NCBI RefSeq assembly: GCF_000142905.1
Contig: NW_013657670.1
Span: 87,498-151,497, forward strand
Source: Thecamonas trahens ATCC 50062
Taxonomy: Eukaryota > Protista > Apusomonadida
Length of the DNA: 64,000 nt
Reading direction: 5' to 3'
The position numbers and the translations under genes were made by a program. Under the pieces are notes generated by a model. The model was not told the DNA's origin and did not search any database. It was given only the letters and a program-made list of their open reading frames with translations. How positions within the stretch are numbered: the first letter of the stretch is position 1; each line of letters starts with the position of its first letter. This document shows, piece after piece, positions 32,099 to 44,000 of the stretch.

Positions 32099-32222
32099 AA
32101 GATCGCCCCCATCAGCTCAGCTTGGAATGATGTGGTTGTCTGGCTGTCAGCGAGGCGGCGAGGCGTTTGGAAGATTCCACTGCGGCAGGCGGAGAGCACA
32201 GTCGACTGGCGCACAGTGGGCC

Positions 32223-33104
32223 ATGTCGAGCAAGAGGACTTCAGGGCCAAGTGACGGGACAAGGCTGCGTGTGCTGACGTTCAACGTCCTGGCACCGCCG
32301 TACAAGACCAACTCGCGGTTCTGCGAGGCATCGGACCGGAGCCGGGTGGTCCGGCGAGCTGGCGAGATGGCCGACGCTGTGCTGGCGGGCGATGCTCACC
32401 TTGTGCTGCTGCAGGAGGTATGGCTCGCTGACGATGGATACATGGCCGAGCTGCATAAGGCGCTTGATGACAGCTTCCATGCCGAGTGGATCGAGCTGTG
32501 TCGGCCCGAGCGGGAAGAGGGGCTGGTGGTGATGTGGGCCAAGACGGCGCCGCTGGCATCGGTCGAGCTCGTGGCAGAGGTCGACTACGGCGAGGACTGT
32601 CGTGTCGGACTGGTAGTCGAAGCCGTGCTGGAAGAAAGTGGTGGACGTCTCCTTGTTGGCACCACTCATCTTTCACATCCCAAGACGACGCGGGTAATGG
32701 CGATGATGACAAGGCAGATCAAGATGCTGACCACAGCGCTGGACGACGCCGCCGAGGCCGCCGAGTCGGACGGCCGCGGCCCGGTGGTGGCCACGCTTGT
32801 TGCCGGCGATCTCAACGCGGTCGATTCGGACGTCACTGCGTGGCTGGCCGGATGTGGGTACACCGACGGCTGGAGTGCGATTCACGGAAACCGCGAGGGT
32901 GTGGTGACCCACAAGACCCACACCCGAATGTTTGTGGCCTGCGACTATGTGATGGCCCGTGCCGGGGCAGGCGGCCGCATCACTGCCGCCGATGCGCTTC
33001 TCCTCCCCACCCACCTCAAGCCGGGACGGTGGCCCAAGTACGCCGACTGGCGCGTCTCGGATCACCGACCGGTGGTTGTCGAATGGGCTGTCGAGACCGC
33101 CTGA
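32223..33104 (+). CDS. Endonuclease/exonuclease/phosphatase (EEP) family protein
   Basis: TFNVLAP, LQEVW, TTHL, AGDLN, CDYV and SDHRPV. Confidence 0.88.
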   Translation: MSSKRTSGPSDGTRLRVLTFNVLAPPYKTNSRFCEASDRSRVVRRAGEMADAVLAGDAHLVLLQEVWLADDGYMAELHKALDDSFHAEWIELCRPEREEGLVVMWAKTAPLASVELVAEVDYGEDCRVGLVVEAVLEESGGRLLVGTTHLSHPKTTRVMAMMTRQIKMLTTALDDAAEAAESDGRGPVVATLVAGDLNAVDSDVTAWLAGCGYTDGWSAIHGNREGVVTHKTHTRMFVACDYVMARAGAGGRITAADALLLPTHLKPGRWPKYADWRVSDHRPVVVEWAVETA

Positions 33105-33146
33105 CCGTCCTCGTCCGGCCAATGCCGTCTTTACCTCTGCTGCCCG

Positions 33147-34111
33147 TCACAGGTGATCGCCCTTGGCCAGCATCTGCTCGACAAACGACTGGTAGTTGAC
33201 GCGGCCGTCGGCGTGCGAGTCTGCCTCGGCGAGCATCTCGGCAACCTGGGCCTCGGGCAGCCGCGAGCCGAGGTTGGTCATGACATGGCGAAGCTCCGAC
33301 GCGGCGACATAGCCAGCGCCGTCCTTGTCAAAGACCGAGAACGCCAGGATGATGTCGTCCTTCGAGTCGTTCGATGCCACCTTCTTGGCCATCATGGTGA
33401 GGAAGCCGTTGAAGTCAACAGCCTGCGGCGAAGTGCCTGCCGCCGAGCAAAGCTCATTCAGCTCGGTAGCCGACATGATCTGGCCCATGTTCCGCATCAC
33501 CTCTCCCAGCTGATTGAGGTTGAGCACGCCTCCCTTGGCCACCAGGTTGAACTCCTGTCCCCGTGCCCCACCACGTCCACCATGCCCGTCCCCGGTCCCC
33601 CGTCGCGTGTCGCCGCGCCCGACCCCCCCCCCCCNNNNNNNNNNNNNNNNNNNNNNNNNNNNNNNNNNNNNNNNNNNNNNNNNNNNNNNNNNNNNNNNNN
33701 NNNNNNNNNNNNNNNNNNNNNNNNNNNNNNNNNNNNNNNNNNNNNNNNNNNNNNNNNNNNNNNNNNNNNNNNNNNNNNNNNNNNNNNNNNNNNNNNNNNN
33801 NNNNNNNNNNNNNNNNNNNNNNNNNNNNNNNNNNNNNNNNNNNNNNNNNNNNNNNNNNNNNNNNNNNNNNNNNNNNNNNNNNNNNNNNNNNNNNNNNNNN
33901 NNNNNNNNNNNNNNNNNNNNNNNNNNNNNNNNNNNACACACACACATACATACATACAAATGCACACATAACAATGACAACCACCATGAGTCTCCGCTCC
34001 CCTCTCCTTCGCTCCTCCCCGCTCCCTCTTCCCCCCGCTCCCTCTTCCCCTCTGCCTCCCGCATACCTGCTGCAGCTCCTCGCGCGCCTCAGCATCCAGG
34101 TCGTCCGCCAT
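33147..34111 (-). CDS. Calmodulin-like/myosin light chain-like protein; exons 34111-34067 and 33554-33147 (the intron spans a gap)
   Basis: AREELQQ|EFNLV, LGEVMRNMGQ, VDFNGFLTMMAKK, AFSVFDKDGAGYVAASELRHVMTNLG, DGRVNY. Confidence 0.85.
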
Positions 34112-34225
34112 GTTTCTCCGGTAAGAGTCAAATGGCGACGACTGGGTTTGTGGCTCCTTTTGCCCGGTCCTCTCGGTCCTTGCCCTCGGCGCGCAAGGAA
34201 AACCAATCATTACTGCTGCTTGCTA

Positions 34226-37113
34226 CTACGATGGCCGACTGCTGATGAACGGCGATGATACGTGTGGGATTGGAGAAGGCATGGGCGCGGGCGGAGTGCT
34301 CTCGTGTCCATGGCTGCCGTCGGCGGTGGCCATCTTCTGCTGAAGCAGTGCGGAGCGCTCGGCACGGAGTTGGGCGGCCTGGTCATCGAGCTCAGCTGCG
34401 CGAGCCTCGGCGCGTTTGGTATCAGCGGCAGCGGTATTTTGCGCCTGGAGCGCAGCAAGCCGGAGCGACTCGAGCTCAGCCCGCTCGCGGGCGAGAGCAT
34501 CGCGCTCGGCGCGCAACTCAACTATCCGCTCCGACGACGCCGCGAGCTCGGCCCTCTCGGCTGCCAGCGCAGCCTTGCCTGCGGCGACTGCCTTGTGCTC
34601 GGCGAGAAAGTGCGTGTGCTGCTGAACGAGCTGGTCCTTGGTTGCTGCCAGCTTCTCACGCTCAAACCGGAGCGCTGCCCGCTCGGCCTCGATCTGATCG
34701 CGGTCGGCGGCGAGCGAGGCTCGTGACGAGGCCGCCTGCTCGTCGGCGGCCTCAAAAGCAGTTTTGGCGGCCTCAAGCTGAGCCTTTTCGCTTGCCAGCT
34801 GCGCCAGCTTGTGCTTCATCGACGCCTCAAACGCGGCCTTGGCGGCCTTGAGCGCCGCAGACTCGGCAGCAACCTTGTCCAGCGACGCCGAGACCTCGGG
34901 CCGTGCCGCCTCGAGCTGCGCCAGCTGGACCGACGCTTCCTTCATCCGCGTCTCAAACTTGGTCTTACGGTCTGCAAGAATGTCGGCCTCGGTCTGCAGC
35001 CGCACGGTCTCAGACATGACAAATCGCGACTGCGCTTCGTAGTGCTGCCGCTGCGCAAGGAGGTGCTCGCGCTGCTCGTGCACCAGGGCGAGCTCGTGCT
35101 TGAGTTTGGCATTCTCCTCCTCCATTGCCCGCCGCGATACCGCGACCAGGTCGGCTTCGCCGGCGAGCGCTACCCGTTGCGCCTCGAGCTCAGCAAGCAG
35201 CTTCTCGTACTTGGTCCGCGCCTGCAGATGTGCCTCGCGGTCGGCAGCGGCCTTGCTCGAGCTAGTCACCACCGATGCCAGTAGCTCTTGCACTTGGGCT
35301 GACGCTGCCGACGCCTTGTCCTCAGCTTCGGCTCGCTCGCGCGCCAGCAGGGCCCGAGCCTCGGCTAGCTCGTGGGCTTCCGTTTCGAGCGCGGCTTCTC
35401 TCGCTGCGAGCGCCTCGACGTGTGCAGCGGCTGCATTCTCCCGATCAAGAGCCTCGCGCTCGGCGGCTTGCGCTCGTTCTGCGGCACGCAGAGCCTCGGA
35501 CCGCTCGCGTTCGGCGTCGAGCGCGGCCCTGTGCGCCTCAACCTCGGCGGCAGCCACGGACTCTTGCTGTGTGTGCAGCGCATGGCTCTGCTCATCCAGC
35601 GCTGCAAACTTGGCTTGGATGTCTGCAGCCCGATCGCGCATGGCCGCAGACGCCGCCTCCACCGCCTCCTGCTCGCGTAGAAGCACCTCGCGCGCTTCGG
35701 CCACCTCGGCCGCCGCCAGCTCGAGCGCATGCTCTCGGGTCGCGAGCGAGGCATTGCGGGAAGCTAACTCGCGCTCGGCCACATCTTGCTTGGCCTTCCA
35801 TGCCTGCTGCTCTTCCCAGAGTGCGTCGCGGTCAGCGGCAAGCTCATCGCGGGCAGTGGTGGCTTGCTCGCGGGCGGAGTTGAGCGCTGCACGCAGCGAC
35901 GCCAGTGCGCTTCGGTCGGATGCGATAGCTGCAGCAGCAGCTGATGCTGCCTTGGTGTCCTCGGTCGCCCGCGCCGCCGCCGCCGCCGCGCGTGCAGCTT
36001 CGTTGAACACGCGTCTCCGCTCTAGCTCCAGCTCGTGGCGCTGCGCCCGCGCCTCCAGCCTCTGGCTGTGGAGATCTGCGGTGGCGACAGCAATGGCGTC
36101 GCGCTCGGCTCGGGCACCAGCCACTGCGCGCTCGCGCTCGCGCAACGCCATCGCCCGCTGCGTCGCGAGCTCTTCGGCTTGGTGCTGGAGCGCAGCAGCA
36201 CGGGTGTCGAGAGCTGCAGCTGCGGCCTCGTGCTCAATCTCCCGCTGGCTGAGGTCGGCGCTTCGTTTGTCGCATGCGGCTCCGCGCTCGGCGAGCTCGT
36301 CGGCTCGGCGGCTGAGCTCAGCGTCTCGCTCGGCGGCATCGGCCTGTGTCTGAGCCAGCAACGATTCCGCCGCAGCGCGAACCGTTTCAGCGTGAGCAAG
36401 CTCGGTAGCTGCGGCCTCTTTTGTCTCTGTGGCATTTGCGAGCGCCTCGTCGATAGAGGCGCGGTCGAGAAATGCGGCGTCGACAGCGGCCTTTTCGGCG
36501 TCGAGTGCAGACCGCTCGGCGGCGATTCGCTGGCGCTCCTCTTCCTCGGCAATGAAACGAGCTGTGCGCGCCGCTGCTGCTTCAGCGGCGGTGGAAGCGG
36601 CGACAGCGTCAGCGTCAGCATCGCTAGTGTGCAAGCTCTCGTTGTCGAGCGAGGCTAAGACGTGCGACTCGGCGGTGCCAAGTCGGACGGTGTGTGCCGC
36701 CTTGAGCGACTTGGTACGCCATGTACGCAGCACATCGTGGTGGGCCGGGACGTTGAGCGCAAGGACATCATCCCACACTGCCACCAGGGCATTGCGCTGC
36801 TGCCGCCAGGCCTCGACATCGACCTCGTCGCCGTGAACGGCAGAGCAGGCGAGGATCAGCGCCTCGCCGTCATCGACCACCTTGCTTGCCGCATCCAGCG
36901 CCGCATCCAGTACACCTCCCACCGCGAGCGCAAGCGCGTAGGTCGAGCCTGCATCCTTTGCAGCCACGACGGGATCAGGCGCATCCGCCGCTGCCCCCGC
37001 CTCATCGTTTGCCCACATCTTGAGCAGCCTCAGCTCATCGCGGACAACGGCAGCGATGTCCAGAAACGTGCCCAGCTCACCATCTTCATCTCGGCCACAT
37101 GTCAGCAACTCCT
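34226..37113 (-). CDS. Large Ala/Glu/Arg-rich coiled-coil protein (5' exons uncertain, towards the gap at 37497)
   Basis: About 960 open codons of heptad-rich sequence; probable GGGGCAG acceptor near 37113. Confidence 0.7.
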
Positions 37114-37902
37114 GCCCATCCCCCATCCGTCCATCCGTCCGCCGCATCAACGTGAGCTGCTGCCTGCCCCCTCCCCCTCCCCCCCCCAACCCCTCACAGG
37201 CGACATACCACAACATGGGTGCCCAGCCCCAGAGAGGCCACACACACCCGCTCTGCCTGCATGCCACCGACCGACCAACTGTCTGTCCTGCGACAGTGAG
37301 AGAAGTGGCCGTGGCTATGGCTGCAACTGCGGCCGTGGCCGAGGCGATGCGGGTGCGGGTGGCAGTGACCGAGCCAGACAGGCAGCCGAGGGAGGACGGC
37401 GGGGAGGGGGGAGAGGGGGGGAGGGGGGAGAGGGGGGGAGGGGGGAGGGGGGAGGGGAGGGGGGAGGGGGAGGAGATGGCTAAGGCTAAGGAGGTTNNNN
37501 NNNNNNNNNNNNNNNNNNNNNNNNNNNNNNNNNNNNNNNNNNNNNNNNNNNNNNNNNNNNNNNNNNNNNNNNNNNNNNNNNNNNNNNNNNNNNNNNTATT
37601 TTTTAAAATTCTTTATAAAAAAAAAAAAAAGACAAAAAAAAAAAAAGGGGGGAGGAAAGCACAAAGGTAAGGGAGTTTGGCCCCGTAACTGATTTTTTTT
37701 TTTTTCTACGGGGGGAAAAGAGGGGGGCCCATCCCCCCTTCTTCCCCTTTTTGTTATCCCCCCCCTGGCACTTTTGGGGGGGGGGGCGGCAGTTAACCTT
37801 TTTTTTTTTTCCCCCCCCCCCCCCCCCCCCCCACCGACCCCCCCCCACTGACGCAGAGGGAGACTACGTGACTCACCAACATGGCCAGCAAGAAGATCAG
37901 AC

Positions 37903-38640
37903 GTGGTGATGGGGTGGGGCCATGGGCGCTGTCCAAGGTCTTTGTCGTGGGTGGAGCCGTGGTGGTCTCGGCCGTGGCGGCAGGTGTCGTCTACTGGCGG
38001 AGGAGCATGGCCATGGCCGAGGGAAGGGTATGGCAAGGGCATGGCTGATGAGGTGTTGGGCACGGGCTTGGGATCGGGCGTGAACATCATAGTGGGCGCT
38101 ACACACTTACACAGCTTCCTGCAGGAGATCGCCAACACTTTCCGGGCCATGAAGATGCGCGTAGCGCGGTCGATCATCGCCGACGCAGAGAAAGCTTTTG
38201 ACGACGCCGATAGTGATGGCAATGGCGAGCTGTCACGGGCAGAGCTGGCGGCATTTCTGGCCAACCATCCCGAGGTGGTCCATGCGCTGGTCCGCAACGG
38301 CATCACCACGGTGCTCGCCTTTGACGAGATGGACATCAACCGCGACGGCGCCATCTCGCGGCACGAGTTCCTCTCTGCCGTCGTCCCGGTCGTTGTGTTT
38401 GAGACCACGGTCCATGACATCTTCTCGCAGTACGATGTCTACGCCAACGGTGGCGGCAAGCTCTCGCGCGACCAGTTCAAGTCGGCTATTGCCTCGATGG
38501 GCACGCTAGAAGAGATCATCAAGATCGCCGGGCATGACGTCCAAGCCTCGCTCTTTACCGAGCTCGACAAGGACGGCGATGGCATGCTCACGCCGCAGGA
38601 GTTTGTTGCGGTTTTTGCCAACGTGGTCCGCACCACTTAG
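37903..38640 (+). CDS. Four-EF-hand calcium-binding protein (start uncertain)
   Basis: Loops DSDGNGELSRAE, DINRDGAISRHE, DVYANGGGKLSRDQ (with insertion) and DKDGDGMLTPQE. Confidence 0.8.
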   Translation: MVMGWGHGRCPRSLSWVEPWWSRPWRQVSSTGGGAWPWPREGYGKGMADEVLGTGLGSGVNIIVGATHLHSFLQEIANTFRAMKMRVARSIIADAEKAFDDADSDGNGELSRAELAAFLANHPEVVHALVRNGITTVLAFDEMDINRDGAISRHEFLSAVVPVVVFETTVHDIFSQYDVYANGGGKLSRDQFKSAIASMGTLEEIIKIAGHDVQASLFTELDKDGDGMLTPQEFVAVFANVVRTT

Positions 38641-38693
38641 CGTCGCTATATGTCTCTCAAACACACTTTTTCAACATAGCACACACGCAGTCC

Positions 38694-40480
38694 TCAAATC
38701 AAGTTCGGGGTCGGGGTCGATGCCGCCGGCTTGGCCGGCGGGTCAAAGGCGAGCGGCTGGGCGCCAAAGACGGCGGCCGGGGCCGGCGAGGCTGCGGTGG
38801 CAGGCGCGGCAATGGCGGGCGTTGCCGAGACGGCGGCACCCGCCGCCGCCCGAGTGTTCTCGTCGGACGACGAGTAGCCCGAGCCGGAGATCCTGCCGCG
38901 GTTCATGGGCGTGCCGCCGACGCCGTCGTCGTCGGTCAGCGCCGAGCCGGAGCGCTCCTCGTCGTCAGTGTACGAGTCGCGGAAGTGGGTGCGGCGGCCC
39001 GAGGCCGCGCCGAGGCCGACAGCCTCTTCCGAGTCCGAGTCGACCGGCGCCATGTTGTTCAGCCGCATGTGGGCCGGGCCACCCGCGTTCTTAGGTGGAG
39101 CGTAGACGATGGCGAGGAAGAAGATGTAGAGGTTGAAGAGCGAGAAGAACGAGAGGAACTGGGCCGCGTTGTTGTGGATGGTGCCGACCACGCCGAGGAC
39201 AATGCCGGTGATGGTGATGGCAAGGACAAAGATGGTGAGGATACCCAGGTACTTGATGCGGACAGAGAGCCGCGGGAAGGCCCGCCGGTCCTTGACACCG
39301 AGAATGGCCACAAAAATGAGCCAGAACGTGTAGCCGATGAGCAGCAGGATCTGGACAACACGGAAGAAGATAAAACCTGGAATGTCGTTGGCCGTCGAGT
39401 ACGTCGGGTTGTCGAGCTCGTGCAGCTCCTGCCAGGTGAAGACCACCACCGAGATGAGCCAGAGCGTGCCCACCAGCGCGACCTTGGGCAGGTAAAAGCC
39501 GATGTATGTCCGCGCCGTAGCCGGCTTGCGGATCGAGTCGAGGATGCAGAGCCAGAAGAGGAGAAGAAGGGCAATAAAGGTGACAAAGAAGCAGACGTCA
39601 AGGAACTCGGGGAACCATGAGTCAGCGAGAATGGTGAGCGGGAAGAGCGGGTTGTTGTACGCCAGCAGCGAGAACAACAGCGCCGTCATCCACTTTTGCT
39701 CGATTGACCACTCGCTCGACTTGTACGCCCGGAGCCGGTGCGAGAACCAGACGAGCATGACAAAGGTGAGGACGAGGAAGGTGAACCGGAACCAGAGCTC
39801 AAAGAGCGTGAACGAGTGGTTGAACACCCGCCAGATGAAGACCGCGTCCTGGATCCAGTCCTCCTCCTCGGCGTTGAGGAACCGCACATCGACCCGGTAG
39901 ATAGGGTAGTGCACAAACGGCTCGTGGAGGAGTGCCACTTCGTCGCAGTGGATGTTGCCCTGCGAGCACTTGATCTTGCGCGACTCGATCTTGTCCACCA
40001 CAATCGCATTGAACGCAAAGCCGTCCTTGGACCCGTACAGCGACGTTTTCATCGTCAGCCGAGTGTTGATCCCCTCCCTTGCCGCCCGCCCGTTGACAAG
40101 CGCAACCTTGAAAATTAGCATCTGGTTGAGCTTGTCCAGGTGCTGAATCTCCCAGTTGAACTGCGACGTGTTGTACCGCATGTCCACACCCTGCGACAGC
40201 GCCGTCGTCTGGTACGAGTCAAAGATCGGCGGGCCGGCCGCCCCGATGATCACAGAAATGCTAAACAAGCACAGAAAGATGGTGAACAGTCCCACCAGCG
40301 TCGCCTTGGACATGTCGTACAGATTCATCTTCATCGACCTGTCCTCCCCGGTCACCCATACCCACCCCCAGCGTCGTCCGTAAGTCGAGCCGAGCTCCAA
40401 CGCTGCCGCCCGTCACAGCAACCGCCCAGCGCAGCTGCCCACCACCACCCGCACACACGCACACACGCACACACACACAC

Positions 40481-40516
<36 letters not shown>

Positions 40517-40756
40517 TCTCCATACAAACAGCACCATCACCATCCCCGTGCTCTCCCGCCTCTCACCAGTCCCATTCATGCCCACCAACCCCATGCAAGG
40601 CCACTAGCCGAAGCAGGAACAAGCCGAAAAAGTAGGTCGCCACCCCACCACATACACCCCCCCTTCCCCCCCCCTCCCACACAAGCCAGACAACCACCCA
40701 CCCACCCACCACCCCGTCCTCATATGCATGCCCTCCACGTACGACTCGAGCTCCAT
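38694..40756 (-). CDS. TMEM181: TMEM181/GPR178 (Wntless-related) multi-pass membrane protein; exons 40756-40743 and 40338-38694
   Basis: MNLYDMSK..IGAAGP, FNHSFTLFELWFRFTF, WSIEQKW, YNNPLFPL, LLLFWLC, FYLPK, NAAQFLSFFSLFNLY..VYAP. Perfect GCCACCATGG context at 40756 and a phase-compatible GTACGT...CAG intron. Confidence 0.88.
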
Positions 40757-41031
40757 GGTGGCCGCGTCTCCGTGGTCCACAGACAGGTGATACGACGAGG
40801 ACCACTCACTCTCACTGCCCACTACCACATCGCGCACCCGCCTGTCGCTGCTGCTGTCGCTGCTGTCGCCGCTGCGCTGTCGCTGCTGTCGCTGCTGCTG
40901 TCGCTGCTGTCGCTGTTCTGTCGCTGCCGCCGCACCGCCACATCAATCAGCCGGCCACCACTCCCCGATTCGCCACAACAAACAAAACCAACGCCACCGA
41001 CCGACACTTTTCAACAGCCCGCCTACCCACC

Positions 41032-44000
41032 ATGGCGTCGGCTGTGCCCCTTCCTCTCGAGTACGAACGCTCTTTCCCACCCTACTCCCCTACCCCCTAC
41101 CCCCTACCCCCACCCTCCCAACTAACCCCCTTTGCTGCTGTAGGGAGTTCCTCAATGCCTGCCGGGCGTTTGCGGCCAACCCGGAGGAGACGTCGAACAT
41201 CACACGCCTTTCCCAGGTACGGATCAATGCAGAATCCAGACGATTGTCATATACATGGTCCATCGCCATGAATTATTTTTTTTCGGTCTCTGGCCACCAA
41301 CCCCTCCCCCCCTCCCCTCCCCCTCCCTCCCTCCCTCCCTCCCCCTCCCTCCCTTCCCTCCCCTTGCACCAGGTATCTCCACCCGTAATCCCTGATCGGT
41401 GTGGTCGTTTGTTGTGCTAGATTATGTGTATGTCCGCGAGATACCTTATCGTTAGAGCTGGGGCTCTATTTCACCATAGCCCATTGCTCTTGGTGGTACT
41501 CGTACATCTCCCTTTACTCGCCCTCCCCCCTTCCCCCTTCCCCCCTTTCTACCACTCACCATGTTGTGTGATGCAGATGACACCTGCACTCGAGGATGCG
41601 CATGTCAAGGCCAAGAGCGCGTCAAAGACGCTGCTGCGCAACCTGCACACTGCGATGGGCGGATCGTCGCCGATCGCGTCGCCGGGCACGCCATCGTCGC
41701 CGTACATCGGCGGCTCGCGGCCAGGCTCCGAGGGCGGGCTGCGGACAGTGCGAGCTGCGTCGGCAAGCGCGCCGATGAAACGCAACAAGACGCCGAGCCT
41801 TCCGCAACTGGGTGCGGCCAAGAAGCGGATGCACGCGCAGACGGCGCTGGCCGGCAGCCTCTCGTCGGCGCAAAAGGAGCTCCTGGAGGAGGAGGCGATG
41901 TCGGCTGCGTCGCAGTGGCTGGCGGCTGGGGCGAGCCACGAGTCGCGGCGTGAGTCGCGACTGCGGCGCGGCCATGCCAAGATCGACATCCAGGTCCTGT
42001 TTGTGTTTGGCGAGGGCGACGTGACCCATGAGGTGGAGGTTCGCGACGTGGCGACGACGCTGACGGTGGGCGAGGCCAAGGAGCGCGCGATCAGTGTGCT
42101 CCGGGCGACAGGCCAGGGGCTAGACAACGACTTTAGCGAGTCGCGCATGTTCTCGGTCGGATCGTCGGCGGCCAACGAGGAGCCGATGACGCTGCGGTCG
42201 CTTGCCGCGGTCCGCAACGCCATTGTCCGCGCCCGCAAGCTCGACACCAAGGCCGTTGTCCGGTTTTTTGTCCTCCGCAAGGAGCTCATCCGCAAGGAGA
42301 AGTTTGCCACAATGCAGATCGGGTCGCTCATCGGCATTCCGCTGCAGTTCTTTGACGGCGCTAACGACGAGGTCTCCTCGTTCCGCGGCAACATGAAGCG
42401 GCTGCGGTCGCAGCTGGCCGGCGCCTCGCGCATGGTCTCCGAGGCGGTCGTGCCGAACCTCAAGTCGTCGCCGGCGCCGCCGGACTTTCCGGCCGAGCTT
42501 ATTTTCCGGCTGCGGTTCTCGGATGACGTGGTGAAGACCGGCAAGGTGCTCTCGTCGCTGACGCCGACCCAGGCACTGGCCACCGTCTTTGACAAGTTTG
42601 CCGCCAATCTCGCTGTCCTCCTGCAGGCACCTGCTGAGAGCTTTGTGGCCGAGGCATATACGCTCAAGGTCCCTGGTGAGTGGGACTTTCTGCTCGGCGA
42701 CGCGCCGCTCTGCGACTACGAGTACATCCGGAGTGCGGGTGCAGCCAAGGGCGCGTTTATCCCCATCAACGTGGTCGAACGGTCGACGGTGCCCGAGCTT
42801 GTGGCCACGCCGCTCACCCACATCGAGCCGCACTTTCCGGCGGCCGAGCACCAGGTCGCCCACTTTGAGCACTCGAACATTGCCTTTTCTGAGACGGCGC
42901 ACCCCGACTCGGCAGCGCCGTTCATCTCGCTCTGGGACGTGGACGACGTGGTCAAGGTCCAGGTTGTCGGCCTCGACGCCATCAAGCCCTCGCTCGTCTC
43001 GTGGCACTGGGGCAAGGAGCACCGCAAGCCCAAGGTCGAGGGCGTCGCCGCTGCCATGTTTGTGGAGGTTGGCCTCTTCCACGGCCAGGAACAGCTCTGC
43101 CCGCCGACGTATTCGCAGGTCATCGAGGCCCACGAGTGGTCGAACAACTGCCCGCGGTTCTACGAGACGCTCGCGCTGACGACCAAGCTCGCGCTCCTGC
43201 CCAAGGCTGCTCGGCTGTGCGTCACGGTGTGGGGCCAGAAGAAAGTCTCGCACGACCTCTCGCCCGAGTCGGACAACAACTACGCGCTTGGGTGGACCTC
43301 GCTGCAGCTGGTCGACTTTCGGAACCAGCTGGTGGCGGGCAAGCACTCGTTCAAGCTGTGGGAGTTTGACCCGGCGAACCCGATCGGGCCCACGTCGGAC
43401 AACCCGGCTTCGGACGCGCCGACTCTGCACCTCGCCTTTCCGCGCCGCATGCACCCGGTTGTCTTTCCAGAGTTCCCGGTCCTCGCGCCGCTCGACCTCT
43501 CGGCAGCCGAGTCGGTTCCGCCCGAGGAGGCCGTGGTGATCAACGCGGTCATTGCACGCGACCCGCTCGCCGAAATCACGCCAGGCGAGAAGGACCTGCT
43601 GTGGAAGGCGCGGTACACGCTGGTCCACACGCCGGAGGCCCTGCCCAAGTTCCTGCTCTCAGTCAAGTGGGACGACCCGTCGCAGGTCCAGGAAGTCCAC
43701 CGGCTGCTTGATGTGTGGGCGCCTCTCGACCCGGTCGACTCGCTCGAGCTCCTCGATGCCAACTACTTTGACGCCAAGGTTCGCTCGTTTGCTATCGAGT
43801 GCCTCAACTCGATCTCGGACGAGATGCTGGAGGACTTTCTGCTGCAGCTCGTGCAGGTCCTCAAGTACGAGCCGCACCACGAGTCGGAGCTCGCGCGCTT
43901 CCTCCTTGTCCGCGCGCTGCAGAACCGCCGCATCGGGCACTCGTTCTTCTGGATCCTCAAGTCCGAAGTGGAGGAGCCCGACGTGACGGTCCGCTTCTCG

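Noticed and set aside
37597-37850. A/T/G/C homopolymer-rich island as a foreign insert
   Set aside because: It abuts an N gap and looks like low-quality read end.
41217-41576. Hydrophobic N-terminal extension of PI3K from the ATG at 41424
   Set aside because: It is better explained as intron 2 (GTACGG...TGCAG) of a three-exon model.
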